Source: an uncultured Thermodesulfobacteriota bacterium
GTDB taxonomy: Bacteria > Desulfobacterota > BSN033 > WVXP01
Assembly: GCA_964348185.1 (NCBI GenBank)
Contig: CAYGBW010000003.1
Span: 1-62,981, forward strand
Length of the DNA: 62,981 bases
Reading direction: 5' to 3'
Position numbers and translations under genes: made by a program. Under the pieces are notes generated by a model. The model ran no database searches. It saw nothing but the letters and a program-made list of their open reading frames with translations, and was not told the DNA's origin. Below, piece by piece: positions 7,804-18,117 of the stretch. Position 1 is the stretch's first letter. The number at the start of each line of letters is the position of its first letter.

Positions 7804-8454
7804 ATGCGAAAATTCGTCGTCATCGGTCTGGGCAACTTCGGGTTTTACCTGGCCAAGAACCTCTTCGATGAAGGGAAAGAGGTCATTGGGGTGGACCTCA
7901 ACAAAGAAAGGGTTCAACGACTAAAGGGTTTTTGCTCCTATGCAATAGCGGGAGACGCAACCGACAAATCGGTTTTAGAATCCATTGGTATCGAAACGGG
8001 TGATGTAGTCATCGTCAGCCTGGGCACTAACATCAGCGCGAGCATCCTAGTCACCCTGTATCTAAAGGATCTGCAGATTGAGAATATTTACGTCAAGATT
8101 ATCAGCGAAGACCATGGAAGGGCACTGGAAAAGATCGGAGCAACAGAGGTAATTTTCCCGGAGAGGGATATGGCAAAGAAGTTGGCAGAGACCTTGTTAT
8201 CTCCCAATCTGCTTGATTACCTCCCTCTGAGCGAAGAATATAGTATCGTCGAGATTGCCCCACCCAAGGAGTTCATCGGGAAGACCCTGGCTGAACTCAA
8301 GCTGAGGCGTAAGTATAACATTACTATCCTCGCGGTAAGGGGCGTCATTCCGGAGAAGATAACCATGAACCCCGATGGGGCCTTTATGGTGAAGGATAGC
8401 GATATCCTCATAGCTCTGGGAAAACCCGATGATATCCAGAGAATGAAGGCCTGA
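7804..8454 (+). CDS. ktrA: Potassium uptake regulatory subunit, KtrA/TrkA (RCK N and C domains)
   Basis: 216 aa. Rossmann motif VVIGLGNFG at the N-terminus and a TrkA-C-like C-terminal half. Lies 13 bp after ktrB. Confidence 0.85.
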   Translation: MRKFVVIGLGNFGFYLAKNLFDEGKEVIGVDLNKERVQRLKGFCSYAIAGDATDKSVLESIGIETGDVVIVSLGTNISASILVTLYLKDLQIENIYVKIISEDHGRALEKIGATEVIFPERDMAKKLAETLLSPNLLDYLPLSEEYSIVEIAPPKEFIGKTLAELKLRRKYNITILAVRGVIPEKITMNPDGAFMVKDSDILIALGKPDDIQRMKA

Positions 8455-8511
8455 GAGGCAAAGGTAATCTCTTAGATGGGGCAATCTGATGTGCCAAAGG
8501 GGGAGAAACGA

Positions 8512-9549
8512 ATGGATGAGAAGGGAAAAGCGTCTTTATTCAGTCGGAAAATCACCATGGTTAACAACCGTCCACACGTATATATCATCTCGTCCTCTGA
8601 GGGGGGAGAAACTTCGGGAGAGCAGACATCGGCATCTGTGTCTTTCTTCGGGCATCACATCGGAAAACTGCTCGCTTCGGACAAGCTGGAAGCCGAAGAG
8701 TTCGGCCCGGTGGATAAGGAGCTAGCATCAAGCTTGGAGGCTGTTCGTAAGAAATTCCAGAAGATACGTGCCCATTACGGGAGTGCAGAAAACAGGATAT
8801 CAAAAGAAGAGGTGAAGCATCAGCACTTCATTGAAGAGCGGAATAGGGCGCAAGAAGCTCTCTTTGATGACATCATTCGACGTCATCATGAATTTGCGAC
8901 GGAACTCACGATGGAGGATCTTTGGTCTCTCCATGATTTGATGGTGATGGAAGCAAACCATGAGGCGACATGCTCTCAGGAAGAATCGGTTCATGAACTC
9001 GTCGAATGCAAGCTGTTGAGTTTTTTTCGTAGGAAGGCTATAGCGCAAGCCTGGCAGCGCTTAGAGGGCTATCTCATTCAGTTCCAGATTCCATTTCCGA
9101 TGTCTTCTTCCATGGAGGACCCTGCAGAGCCTCTTCGCAACGAAAAAGTCAGGGAGGAGAGAAAGAAGTCGGCCCAGAATGAATTCCTGAAGATGCCGGC
9201 TCAGCAGCTGGCTGAGTTGATTCTTGGAAATGTTCCCAACTGGGTCTATTCCTATCCACAAAAAGACACGTATCTCTGGCAATTGACCGTCCTTCAAGGG
9301 GTTACTGCAGGATTGGCAGCCAATCTCCTGATGAACTACCTTTCCATCTGGGAAGAACACTCAACCGAGATTCTTGACAGAATACAGCGGGAGTTCATGG
9401 GTAGAATCGATGAGATTCGCCAGCAAGGCGAATCTGCCACCGACTTGCCCGAAGTCCTTTCCATCTCTAAAGAGCTCCAGCGAATCAGCGGAGAGGAAAT
9501 ACCTGATCGGATCTGGGAATATCTCTCGTCCAAGCTGGAAGGTTCGTGA
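8512..9549 (+). CDS. Hypothetical protein (no recognisable domain)
   Basis: Long ORF with a charged helical middle and a hydrophobic segment (LTVLQGVTAGLAANLLMNYL). ATG 8512 follows GGGGGAG. An alternative ATG at 8476 is listed in the ORF track. Confidence 0.5.
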   Translation: MDEKGKASLFSRKITMVNNRPHVYIISSSEGGETSGEQTSASVSFFGHHIGKLLASDKLEAEEFGPVDKELASSLEAVRKKFQKIRAHYGSAENRISKEEVKHQHFIEERNRAQEALFDDIIRRHHEFATELTMEDLWSLHDLMVMEANHEATCSQEESVHELVECKLLSFFRRKAIAQAWQRLEGYLIQFQIPFPMSSSMEDPAEPLRNEKVREERKKSAQNEFLKMPAQQLAELILGNVPNWVYSYPQKDTYLWQLTVLQGVTAGLAANLLMNYLSIWEEHSTEILDRIQREFMGRIDEIRQQGESATDLPEVLSISKELQRISGEEIPDRIWEYLSSKLEGS

Positions 9550-10098
9550 CTGTGCGTTTTGGCTTCGCCACTGATGCCCCCCACCGCTCCGTCGCCATAG
9601 CGGCTTTGGCGCGTCGGCGACTTGGCGCGGGGAGCTTCACTGTGGCACGCCCCAGATCACATCCGCACAAGCATCTTGAGGCACATGACAAAGCCTTTGA
9701 GGAAAGCGGGAGGCAGTTTGGCAAAAACCAGTCGCTTCAGGAACCACACGGACGATCGTTGTGAAGGTGCTGGAGTGGGAACTGTCAGAATCTCAGATGG
9801 GCACAGAACTGCCTCCTCTATTACAGGTTATAACAATCATAGGTTGCAAGTAAATGGGGTAAAGGGGGTATTTCAGTCTGGAAAATCATGTATTTTTGTG
9901 TTCAGTTCACCCTATGTCAGGCCAGAGGGGGGTCTCGGAAATAGAGAAGTAGAAAGTGACAGGTATCCAAAAGGATTCTTCGCTGCGCTCAGAATGATAG
10001 AGGGGGCTTGTCAATTAACGGGATCGGAGAATGGGCTTTCCCGGGATTCTTCTTGGGGCAAAATGTGCTCGGTCTGCAGAGGGCAGAATGAATTCAGA

Positions 10099-10506
10099 CT
10101 AGGCACCTGGCTCTTGTGGCAACCATTGGCGCTTGGTTAGACACCGCTGGACCATATACTTCAGCCTCTCTAGACCGAATGGCTTGCTGACATAACCATC
10201 ACATCCAAATTCGAGAGCCTTGACTGTATTGGCGGGGGACGGGTAAGCCGTGATCATGAGAACGGTCGCTTCCGGCCGAATCTGCTTGATCTCTCTCAAC
10301 AGACTGAGACCGTCTCGAGCGGGCATTCGTATGTCAGTTAGGACGACATCGAAGGGCCTTTCCTGGATCATTTGTAGGGCCTTCTCTCCATCATAAGCCT
10401 CATACACCTCGAATCCTTCAATCTTGAAGAAATCTCTCAGGACTTCTCGTACATCCTTATCATCATCGACAACCAGAATGCACTTGGCTTGCACGGCTTT
10501 TTTCAT
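10099..10506 (-). CDS. Stand-alone response regulator receiver domain (CheY-like)
   Basis: 135 aa. Has ILVVDDD, the phospho-acceptor context VVLTDIRMP, and T/K motifs (MITAY, SKPF). No output domain. Confidence 0.85.
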   Translation of the reverse strand: MKKAVQAKCILVVDDDKDVREVLRDFFKIEGFEVYEAYDGEKALQMIQERPFDVVLTDIRMPARDGLSLLREIKQIRPEATVLMITAYPSPANTVKALEFGCDGYVSKPFGLERLKYMVQRCLTKRQWLPQEPGA

Positions 10507-11112
10507 AGTTCTTTCCTTTACTTCCCCTCTGCGGCTTCAGAAACAAAACGGCCCTCTGGAAGGACTCGATCTATACGACTCCCTGGTGTCTTCGTGGTCC
10601 CCCGGCCTGTTCACGCAGGAAACTAGGCCAGCGACTTTGCACCCGACCCTTTCGGAGTACTCTCCCCCTGCGGGAAGCAAGCAACCGAGCCTATCCCCCG
10701 ACCCCTTCCTACTCAATTTCTGTACCAATTCGTCGATGGCTCATAAGTTATTGAATTCAGGTAGATCTCAATCGCCCTCCCAATTAAGTAGGCAGTATTT
10801 GCAGGGATATTTTGTCAGCTACAGGCAAAAACTGTCATGCAAAATGGGGAACCTGGATAATGGTGCGAAGAGGGGAGGTGGGTACGGATAAGGACATGGA
10901 ATGAGCCGGCCCGTAACGCTTCCCCGTCTCGAGCTGGGTCCTTCCGTTTGGTTTTGAAGAGTCCTTTCTTAGACGGTGTAGACGAATCGGTTCAGTCATT
11001 CGTCTTAGCACTTAGGAAAGGCAGGCGAGGAGTGTCCGGGCGAAAAGCGTCACCTGATGGCCGCAGTGTTGGCGTTCTAAAACTCTTTGTTAGAAAAAAG
11101 GAGGAAGGGAAA

Positions 11113-12054
11113 ATGAAAAGACGTGATTTCTTGAGGTCAATGGGGGCTGGATTAGGGGTTTTCGCATTGGGGCAACTGTCAAATGGGCGCCCCAGAAAGG
11201 CGGCTGCGGCGACAAATAAGGGTTGTCGCCTTGTTGTCTTTGGTTCTGATAGTCTGGGGATCGAATACGCCAGAACCTTAAGGCGCCCAGGTGTGCCGGC
11301 ATTGTCTTCCCTTGAACGACCCATTTGCAGCCTCAATGGGGGATCCTCGGTGACCCAGCCCGGATGGGCGACCATCTGGTCCGGACTTCCCTCATATTAC
11401 AATGGGGCTTATTCAAATAAGCATTATGGGGCCATGCCTGAGAATGTCCACATCGTCGGCAAGATCATAAACGACTATGCGGATCAGGATTTATCCGTCG
11501 TCTGGATTACAGGAAAGGGGAATAACATCCGTGGAAACCTCGTCGATAGTCCTCATTATGCTGTATACGATGCTGTCGTGAACCAAGGGCATCCTGGGGT
11601 GTACTATGGGGATGAAGGAAGAAAGAATCACGAGGTGTACAGGTTAGCCGTGCCAGCCCTCAAGGAAGCGGTTCGACAGAGGAACTTCATCGCATTTGTC
11701 CATTTCCACGACCCTGACGCCACAGGCCATCGTTCGCGTGATTACGCCACTTATATGCAGGCAGCCCGCAGAGTGGATCGGTATATTTGGGCTCTGATGC
11801 AATTGCTATCTGACGATACAGACGTGATCTACTGTTCCGATCATGGATTCGGCTTCAAGGAACTGGGGGATGTCAAAAACAGTCACGCTTTCAACCCTTG
11901 GGGCATGTTCGCGACCAATTTCTCGATCTTGGATGTCCACTGTACCGAGCAAGCGAGCATCGGCAGATTGATTTACAAGCGTGCGGGAGGAGACCCCCAT
12001 CACTGCTGGTCCGGAGACTTGGAGTACAGCATGTATGGGATTGACCTGGTTTGA
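11113..12054 (+). CDS. Tat-exported alkaline phosphatase superfamily enzyme (nucleotide pyrophosphatase/phosphodiesterase-like)
   Basis: Start moved to ATG 11113 (AAGGAGGAAGGG upstream), giving the twin-arginine signal MKRRDFLRSMGAGLGVFALG. Metal-site-like motifs HFHDPDATGH and SDHGF are present. Confidence 0.7.
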   Translation: MKRRDFLRSMGAGLGVFALGQLSNGRPRKAAAATNKGCRLVVFGSDSLGIEYARTLRRPGVPALSSLERPICSLNGGSSVTQPGWATIWSGLPSYYNGAYSNKHYGAMPENVHIVGKIINDYADQDLSVVWITGKGNNIRGNLVDSPHYAVYDAVVNQGHPGVYYGDEGRKNHEVYRLAVPALKEAVRQRNFIAFVHFHDPDATGHRSRDYATYMQAARRVDRYIWALMQLLSDDTDVIYCSDHGFGFKELGDVKNSHAFNPWGMFATNFSILDVHCTEQASIGRLIYKRAGGDPHHCWSGDLEYSMYGIDLV

Positions 12055-12089
12055 CAAAACGGTGAGCGATCATAGGGCCTTCTCGTCTA

Positions 12090-12620
12090 TTGCCAAACCC
12101 CTCAATCACAAAACCCTGGCAGTGGGTAGGATTGTGTCTGCAGCCTCGCATCGACATAAACCGGGTCCTTGACCCGGCGATCGACTTGAAAATCAGGATA
12201 CCCGAACATCCATGGGGTATGACGGCATCAAAGCATCCCGGTTTTGTTTTTTTCGCCTTCCCCGGGGCGCAGGTCTCCTTTGCCCCCATTGAAGAGACCA
12301 TGAACGGCCGCGCTATCATCCATGGCGGCATTTCTCCACCCATAGGCAGATTGACACAACCGGTGGAGACCACCTTCGAAAAGGGAGAGATTGTCGATTT
12401 CAAGGGTCAGACCGATGCGGTCCAGTGGAAGGAATGGCTCGTCTCCCAGGAAGATTCCAAGATGTTTCCCATCGCCCATGTCAGCGTCGGACTGAATCCC
12501 AATGCAGAACTCAGAGGATTCATCATCGAGGATGAACGGGTCAAAGGCAACAGCCCGTCAAGGGCAGACCCCTTGTCTCATCATTTCAACCTCACATGTA
12601 CCCTGAGAATTCCTTTCTGA
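12090..12620 (+). pseudogene. Remnant of an M29 aminopeptidase / NicX-like gene (C-terminal half only)
   Basis: 176-aa ORF: ..VSFAPIEETMNGRAIIHGGISPPIGRLTQPVETTFEKGEIVDFKG...IAHVSVGLNPNAELRGFIIEDERVKG. It then departs from the expected continuation. The N-terminal half is missing, and the ORF overlaps the 3' end of the convergent racemase gene. Confidence 0.4.
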
Positions 12621-13320
12621 CCACGGCTTGATAGACCATGTTCACCAGGGTGTATATGTCGAATACGGGAAGCCCGATTTCTTGCTGAATGGCAGCTCCA
12701 TAGGGCGTCATGTTGGTGCACTCGAGTACAATGGCACCCACCCCCGGGTAGTCAGACATCATTTTCTTTGCAGTTTCAACTAATTCAACCCTTGATTTCT
12801 CCACATCGAGTTCCATCTCATCATCGAGAATGACCCGCGAGAATTCCTCCTCGCCCTCCGTACCGAGGATAACGTGAGGCACCTTGTCGACACCGACGGA
12901 CGAGAGGTGTCTTTCGGTCAGAGATTTGGCGTGAATGGTTATGATTCCAACCCGCTGAGAGGGTTTCAGCATGGCATACACCAGGGGGATTTGCATCAGA
13001 CTGGAGGTAAAGACCGGAACATTCACCGCCGCGGCCATCTCCTGTTGAAACATGGCGAGAAACCCGCAGTTTGTCGTGATGGCTCTTACCCCCTCCTTTT
13101 CCAGTTCATGGGCTCCCTCGATGAAGGGCCCCAGGAGGGCTCTATCTCCTTTCCTCACCACCGCGTCAGGCGAGGCATTCTTAATGACCTTATAGAGGAC
13201 GGGAAAGTCCCAGGTCGTGGCATTACCCATGTCCCCGGGTATCCTGGGAAATCTCGATTCCAACATCAAAATGCCGATGGCATACCCGAATAGGTTCTTG
13301 CCCCCGAGTGCTTTGTTCAA
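12592..13320 (-). CDS. Asp/Glu/hydantoin racemase superfamily protein
   Basis: Start moved to TTG 13320 (AAGGAGG 6 nt upstream). Has two Cys motifs, TTNCGFL and VLECTNM, and an N-terminus GILMLESRFPRIPGDMGN typical of this family. Confidence 0.7.
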   Translation of the reverse strand: MNKALGGKNLFGYAIGILMLESRFPRIPGDMGNATTWDFPVLYKVIKNASPDAVVRKGDRALLGPFIEGAHELEKEGVRAITTNCGFLAMFQQEMAAAVNVPVFTSSLMQIPLVYAMLKPSQRVGIITIHAKSLTERHLSSVGVDKVPHVILGTEGEEEFSRVILDDEMELDVEKSRVELVETAKKMMSDYPGVGAIVLECTNMTPYGAAIQQEIGLPVFDIYTLVNMVYQAVVRKEFSGYM

Positions 13321-13458
13321 TTGTGACCTCCTTTCTCTCCTCGTTGACCCATGATTGAAAGAGAATACACAGGGTGGGGACACCCGACCCCGTGGGGTAG
13401 GCCGAGATAGCGTGCCGGAGAATAGGAACGGAAATGGGACGATCACTCCGGGCAGAGA

Positions 13459-14613
13459 TCAATCCCTGAAGGCGGTGAGCCGCTCTTTGATCATTTTCCC
13501 CGCTTTGAAACGTCCAAGTGCCAATGGATCGATGCGGATTGTCTCTGCCCTCCCATTTAGGATGAGCTCGGCCATGACCATGCCGACTGCCGGCCCATGT
13601 TGGAAACCATGACCACTGAATCCATTGGCCAATACCAGTCCCTCGACCTCCGGAACCTGACCTAGAATGGCATGATTATCCGGTGAAATCTCGTAGAGGC
13701 CGCTCCAGCCCCTTGCAATTCTTGCCTCTTTGAAAACCGGTCCCCGGTGTGTGGCCTTCTCAGCCGTCTCGACCATCGCATCAAAATCCGTTGACAGGTT
13801 GAAACTGGGCTTTTCGTCCTGGGGCCCGGAAAAGAGAATCGACTCTCCCTCCCTGCGAAAATAGAAGTTTTGCTTATGGTCAATGGTGAGGGGAACGGAC
13901 GGCGGAATCAGGGGAAAGGCGTCCGTTACAAAGAGCTGCCGTCGGATCGGTTTCACCGGGATCTCTATCCCAGCCATTCTCCCGATGTTGGCCGCATAGG
14001 GGCCCGCAGCATTGACGACGACGGGCGTCTCCACCCTCCCCTGCGTGGTGGTGACAGAGACGATGCGGTCTCTTTCCACCTCAATGGACATGGCCTCGGT
14101 GTTCTCAAGGATTTCGACGCCATGACGTCTGGCCGCTCTGGCAATGCCCCCGGTTACCTCGTAGGGTCCGGCATACCCGTCCGTCTCACAGAATGCGCCT
14201 CCAAAGACGTCCTCCGTATTCAGAAAGGGCCACTCCTTCTCGATTTCCTCGCGGGTGAGAATCTGAGAGGGGACGCCGAAACGGTTTTGAAATGCCACAT
14301 TTCCTTCGAACATTTCGAGTTCTTCCAGGCTCGTTGCCAGAAAGAGATATCCAATTTGGTGAAACTCGGGATCCACGCCAAATTCGTCCCTGAAATTCTG
14401 GTATATTTCGAAGGCCTTCAGGGCGAAGTGCATGTTGACTTCGGTGGACCACTGTCGTCGGATCCCCCCGGCACAGAGGCCGGTGGAACCCTGCCCGATC
14501 AGATCCTTTTCGAGGAGAAGGACGTTCCTTCCCCCCATCTTTCCCAGATAGTAGGCAATGCTGACTCCAATGATTCCCCCACCGATGATGACGATATCAG
14601 CCGTCTTTTTCAT
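13459..14613 (-). CDS. FAD-dependent oxidoreductase (DAO family, sarcosine oxidase beta / opine oxidase-like)
   Basis: Start at ATG 14613: MKKTADIVIIGGGIIGVSIAYYL (dinucleotide fold), then LLEKDLIGQGSTGLCAGGIR. About 384 aa. Confidence 0.85.
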   Translation of the reverse strand: MKKTADIVIIGGGIIGVSIAYYLGKMGGRNVLLLEKDLIGQGSTGLCAGGIRRQWSTEVNMHFALKAFEIYQNFRDEFGVDPEFHQIGYLFLATSLEELEMFEGNVAFQNRFGVPSQILTREEIEKEWPFLNTEDVFGGAFCETDGYAGPYEVTGGIARAARRHGVEILENTEAMSIEVERDRIVSVTTTQGRVETPVVVNAAGPYAANIGRMAGIEIPVKPIRRQLFVTDAFPLIPPSVPLTIDHKQNFYFRREGESILFSGPQDEKPSFNLSTDFDAMVETAEKATHRGPVFKEARIARGWSGLYEISPDNHAILGQVPEVEGLVLANGFSGHGFQHGPAVGMVMAELILNGRAETIRIDPLALGRFKAGKMIKERLTAFRD

Positions 14614-14702
14614 TTTTTCCGTCTTTCTCCAAATGTTGACCTGAATCCCTGTGTCCTCTGCTCCTCGAAAGGGGTCACGCAAACCCGCCTGGGACTGACT
14701 TC

Positions 14703-15428
14703 CTACTCGGCTATCAGGGAGTCTCGGATGATGTCTCGAATGTTCTCGACAAAATCCCCCTTGGGTCCCTGCTTCTTGATCTTACCCATTTCCAGAAGAT
14801 ACATGTAATCAGAAACCTCAACAGCTCTCGTGATGTTTTGATCGACCAGAAGAATGGTTACCCTCTGCTCTCTAATTCGCTTCAAAAAGGCGTAGATCTC
14901 TGATACCAGCATCGGAGCCAAGCCAGCAGAGGGCTCATCCACTAAGAGAAGTTCAGGGGTCGTCATAACTTCCTTCCCAATGGCAAGCATCTGGAGCTCT
15001 CCACCGCTGAGGAAGGTCGCTTTGTTGCCTCGCTTTGCCCCAAGGACCGGGAAAAAATCGTAGATTTCTTTCAACCTCTGCTTCAGCAATCTGCGCTGGC
15101 TTTTGAAAGTCCATGCCCCCAGCATGAGGTTTTCCTCCACGGTAAGCCGAGGGAACGTATTGATTTCCTGCGGTACGTAGCTTATCCCTAGCTGCTTCAA
15201 CCTGAAGGGGGAGAGGGACTGGATCTCCCCCCCATTAAACACGATCGTTCCCCGGCAGGGATGGAGAAAGCCGAAAATGGTTTTCAATAGAGTCGATTTT
15301 CCAGCGCCGTTTGGACCGATAATCCCTGTTATGGTGTCCTGTTCTACTTCGAGGGAAAGGCCATTTACGATATCGATCTCCCTGACGTAGCCAGAGGTGA
15401 CCCCTTGAACGGATAGTTTGGAAGCCAT
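14703..15428 (-). CDS. livF: Branched-chain-type (HAAT) ABC transporter ATP-binding protein, LivF-like
   Basis: Walker A GPNGAGKST, signature LSGGE, Walker B LLLVDEPS. The start ATG 15428 abuts the livG stop. Confidence 0.85.
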   Translation of the reverse strand: MASKLSVQGVTSGYVREIDIVNGLSLEVEQDTITGIIGPNGAGKSTLLKTIFGFLHPCRGTIVFNGGEIQSLSPFRLKQLGISYVPQEINTFPRLTVEENLMLGAWTFKSQRRLLKQRLKEIYDFFPVLGAKRGNKATFLSGGELQMLAIGKEVMTTPELLLVDEPSAGLAPMLVSEIYAFLKRIREQRVTILLVDQNITRAVEVSDYMYLLEMGKIKKQGPKGDFVENIRDIIRDSLIAE

Positions 15429-15430
15429 AT

Positions 15431-16162
15431 CTAACCTCCAAGGTAGCAATCAATGACCTGAGGATCGTTGGCAACCTCCTTCATGGTTCCCTCAGAGATC
15501 AGTCTACCTCCATGAAGAACCGATACTCGATTGCATAAACGGCGAACGGTAATAAGCTCATGAGACACGATCAGAAATGTGACCCCTTCTTCTCGATTCA
15601 TTTTCTGAATCGCGTTTATGATGACATCCTTGATGGCCGGGTGGACTCCGGCAAAGGGCTCATCGAGCAAATAGAGTCGAAGGGGTTCTCTCATAAAACC
15701 TCGAACAATCTGGAGTAACATGGTTTGACCGCCGGAAAGATTCCTGGCAGGTTCACCGCTCAGTTTACCCAACAGGCAGAAATCAAGGAGGTCCTTTGCC
15801 CGATGACTAGCTTCCCGTTTGCTTCTGCCCTGCGTGAATGCCGGAATAAGCATGTTTTCAAGAACGGTCATATCGCCAAACAGGCGGGCGACCTGGAAGG
15901 TGCGCATGATACCCTCATGGGTGATATTCTCTGGTGACAATCGGTCAATCCGTCTACCCGAGCAATAGACCGCTCCGCTGGTCGGCCTATAGATACCGGT
16001 AATTAAGTTTACCAGGGTCGTCTTTCCAGATCCATTCGGTCCAATAAGCCCTCGAATCTCTCCTTCCTCAAGGCTCAATGAGAGATTGTCCACAGCTCTC
16101 AGCCTTCCAAAATCCTTCGTTAGCTTCTCGGTACCGAGAAGCTCTTTGCTCTTTTTCTCCAT
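15431..16162 (-). CDS. livG: HAAT ABC transporter ATP-binding protein, LivG-like
   Basis: Walker A GPNGSGKTT, LSGGQ, LYLLDEP. ATG 16162 overlaps the livM stop (TAATG). Confidence 0.85.
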   Translation of the reverse strand: MEKKSKELLGTEKLTKDFGRLRAVDNLSLSLEEGEIRGLIGPNGSGKTTLVNLITGIYRPTSGAVYCSGRRIDRLSPENITHEGIMRTFQVARLFGDMTVLENMLIPAFTQGRSKREASHRAKDLLDFCLLGKLSGEPARNLSGGQTMLLQIVRGFMREPLRLYLLDEPFAGVHPAIKDVIINAIQKMNREEGVTFLIVSHELITVRRLCNRVSVLHGGRLISEGTMKEVANDPQVIDCYLGG

Positions 16163-17139
16163 TAGTTCAGACTTTCTCCCACCTGCTTTCTTCTCCAGAT
16201 CCATTGAGCGCCTTGCCTTACCGCTCCCATGGCTCCTTCATTGTACAGTCGGGCAATGGCAATAACGGCCAAGGCGAAAGCGACCATTCGGACCTCTCCG
16301 AATTCCCGGAAGGTCTCAGTGAGGAGTTCGATGAGTATCGCTCCGATTACCGGCCCTGCGATACTGCGGATACCTCCGATCACGACCATGATGACGATGA
16401 ATGCCATCTCGTTGAAGTCAACCATCACGGGGGTGAGGAGCCCGTTGTAATGACCATAGAATGCTCCTGCGATACCAGCAATACCGCTTGATACCATGAA
16501 TGCGAGAATTTTCCAACGTGTCGTTTTGATTCCCATGACACGGGCAACGGTTTCATCGTTGCGGATTGCTCTAAGATAATGGCCCATCTTGGAATGCATA
16601 ACGAGAATGATTATGGCAACGATCACGACAGCCAGACCCAAGAAGAGGTAGTAGTAGGCTAGACCCTGTCCTTTTCCCAAAAAGAGTTTAGGAACAGCCA
16701 GCCCTAGATCACCCCGTGTTATTTCGTACGTCATGGAGATCGTAATTCGAACGGACTCGGCAAAGGCCCAAGTGGCAATGGCCAAATATATTGCGCGCAT
16801 TCTCAGACACAACATGCCCAAGATGAAGCCCATGAGTGCGCTGCTCACCAGTGCAGTCAACATACCCGTCCAGATTGGCAGTCCGAAATGGGTGACCAAC
16901 AAAGCCGAGGTATAACCGCCGATGGCTGCAAAGGCATGATGAGCCAATGAGAATTGTCCCGTATAGCCGGCGATCAGATTCCAACTAGAGGCAAGGGTTG
17001 CATAGTAAAACGCAATCGTAAAGACCTGCATGTAGTATTGACCTGTGGAAAAGGGCAAAAGGGAAGCGAATAATAGGGCAGCTATTGAGAGACCAAACCA
17101 CGTCAAGCCGCTGCTCTTGATATAATCAGAGATTCTCAT
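16162..17139 (-). CDS. livM: HAAT ABC transporter permease, LivM-like
   Basis: 325-aa polytopic membrane protein in the livH-livM-livG-livF order. Confidence 0.85.
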   Translation of the reverse strand: MRISDYIKSSGLTWFGLSIAALLFASLLPFSTGQYYMQVFTIAFYYATLASSWNLIAGYTGQFSLAHHAFAAIGGYTSALLVTHFGLPIWTGMLTALVSSALMGFILGMLCLRMRAIYLAIATWAFAESVRITISMTYEITRGDLGLAVPKLFLGKGQGLAYYYLFLGLAVVIVAIIILVMHSKMGHYLRAIRNDETVARVMGIKTTRWKILAFMVSSGIAGIAGAFYGHYNGLLTPVMVDFNEMAFIVIMVVIGGIRSIAGPVIGAILIELLTETFREFGEVRMVAFALAVIAIARLYNEGAMGAVRQGAQWIWRRKQVGESLN

Positions 17140-17217
17140 TATAACTCCGCCTTGTCTACCGCTCGATATCCCGTGCTACCGGGTTCTCAAGGAGAATGGG
17201 GACTCCATTTTTCAGAC

Positions 17218-18117
17218 CTAGGCCAATCGTTCCCTCTCCTCAAACAGACCTGTTGGCTTTATTGCGAGGATTGCCAAAAGGAAAAGAAAGCCATAAACAT
17301 CCCTGAATGAGGGGTTAAGAAAGACCGCGCCAAGGCTTTCGATCAAGCCAAGGAGAAGGCCAGCACAGAGGACCCCCGGGATGGAACCCAGACCTCCGAT
17401 TACGATAATCTCGAAACCCTTCATGGTTGCGATACTGCCACACCTAGGATGGACATAGAATTCGGGCGCCAGGAGTGCACCAGCCGCAGCGGCCAGAGCG
17501 ACCCCGATTCCAAAGGCGATCTGGTCAAGCCTGAAAACGTTAATACCTGCTGTTTGGATACCCACGCGGTTTTGTGCGGCTCCTTGAAAGGCTCTTCCCC
17601 ACCAAGTCTTCTTTAGGAATACATAAAAAAGAGCCAGGAGAGCTATCGTGCCGATGAAGGCCACAAACCGGGTTCCACTGATAGGTAACGTAATAATGTG
17701 GGTGCTACGGAGGTAACCCGGCGGGGAGTAAATAAAGGGGCCTGCCCCGATGACAGCCATATTGGTGAAAAGTACACCCAAGGAAATCGTGACAATCGTT
17801 GCATATTCCGTTCTCTTTTCCGCAGTTGCCTCAAACATAGGCTTGATCAACAATCTTTGAACGACCATTCCAAGCAGAAACACCCCCGCCATGGACAGGA
17901 TAACGCCCAGATACCAATTCTCAACTCCTAGCAACTGGGTGACGATGATGTACTGCAAATAGCCACCTATCATGTAGAATTCGCCCATGGACCAGTTAAT
18001 TATCCTCATGATCCCGTAGATGAACGTGATACCCATCGCCATCAGAGAATAGATCAAGCCGATGACTATCCCTGAGATAACGTATTGTGAGATGAGTGTT
18101 GAGTCGATGATCATCAC
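17218..18117 (-). CDS. livH: HAAT ABC transporter permease, LivH-like
   Basis: 299-aa polytopic membrane protein, upstream of livM. Confidence 0.85.
   Translation of the reverse strand: MMIIDSTLISQYVISGIVIGLIYSLMAMGITFIYGIMRIINWSMGEFYMIGGYLQYIIVTQLLGVENWYLGVILSMAGVFLLGMVVQRLLIKPMFEATAEKRTEYATIVTISLGVLFTNMAVIGAGPFIYSPPGYLRSTHIITLPISGTRFVAFIGTIALLALFYVFLKKTWWGRAFQGAAQNRVGIQTAGINVFRLDQIAFGIGVALAAAAGALLAPEFYVHPRCGSIATMKGFEIIVIGGLGSIPGVLCAGLLLGLIESLGAVFLNPSFRDVYGFLFLLAILAIKPTGLFEERERLA

Noticed and set aside
9622-10140. 172-aa + strand ORF
   Set aside because: Composition is not protein-like. It includes a translated REP-like string (FFAALRM) and overlaps the 3' end of the receiver gene.
10537-10700. 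Possible RNase P, SRP or tmRNA gene in the long intergenic region
   Set aside because: None of the conserved cores I know is present: GAGGAAAGUCCGGGC and ACAGAACCCGGCUUA for RNase P, GGAAGCAGCC with a GGAA loop for SRP, and the GGGG..UCCACCA ends for tmRNA. There are only vague resemblances.
10791-10803. Sigma54-type promoter GGCAGTATTTGCA
   Set aside because: The GG to GC spacing is 10 nt instead of the required 12.
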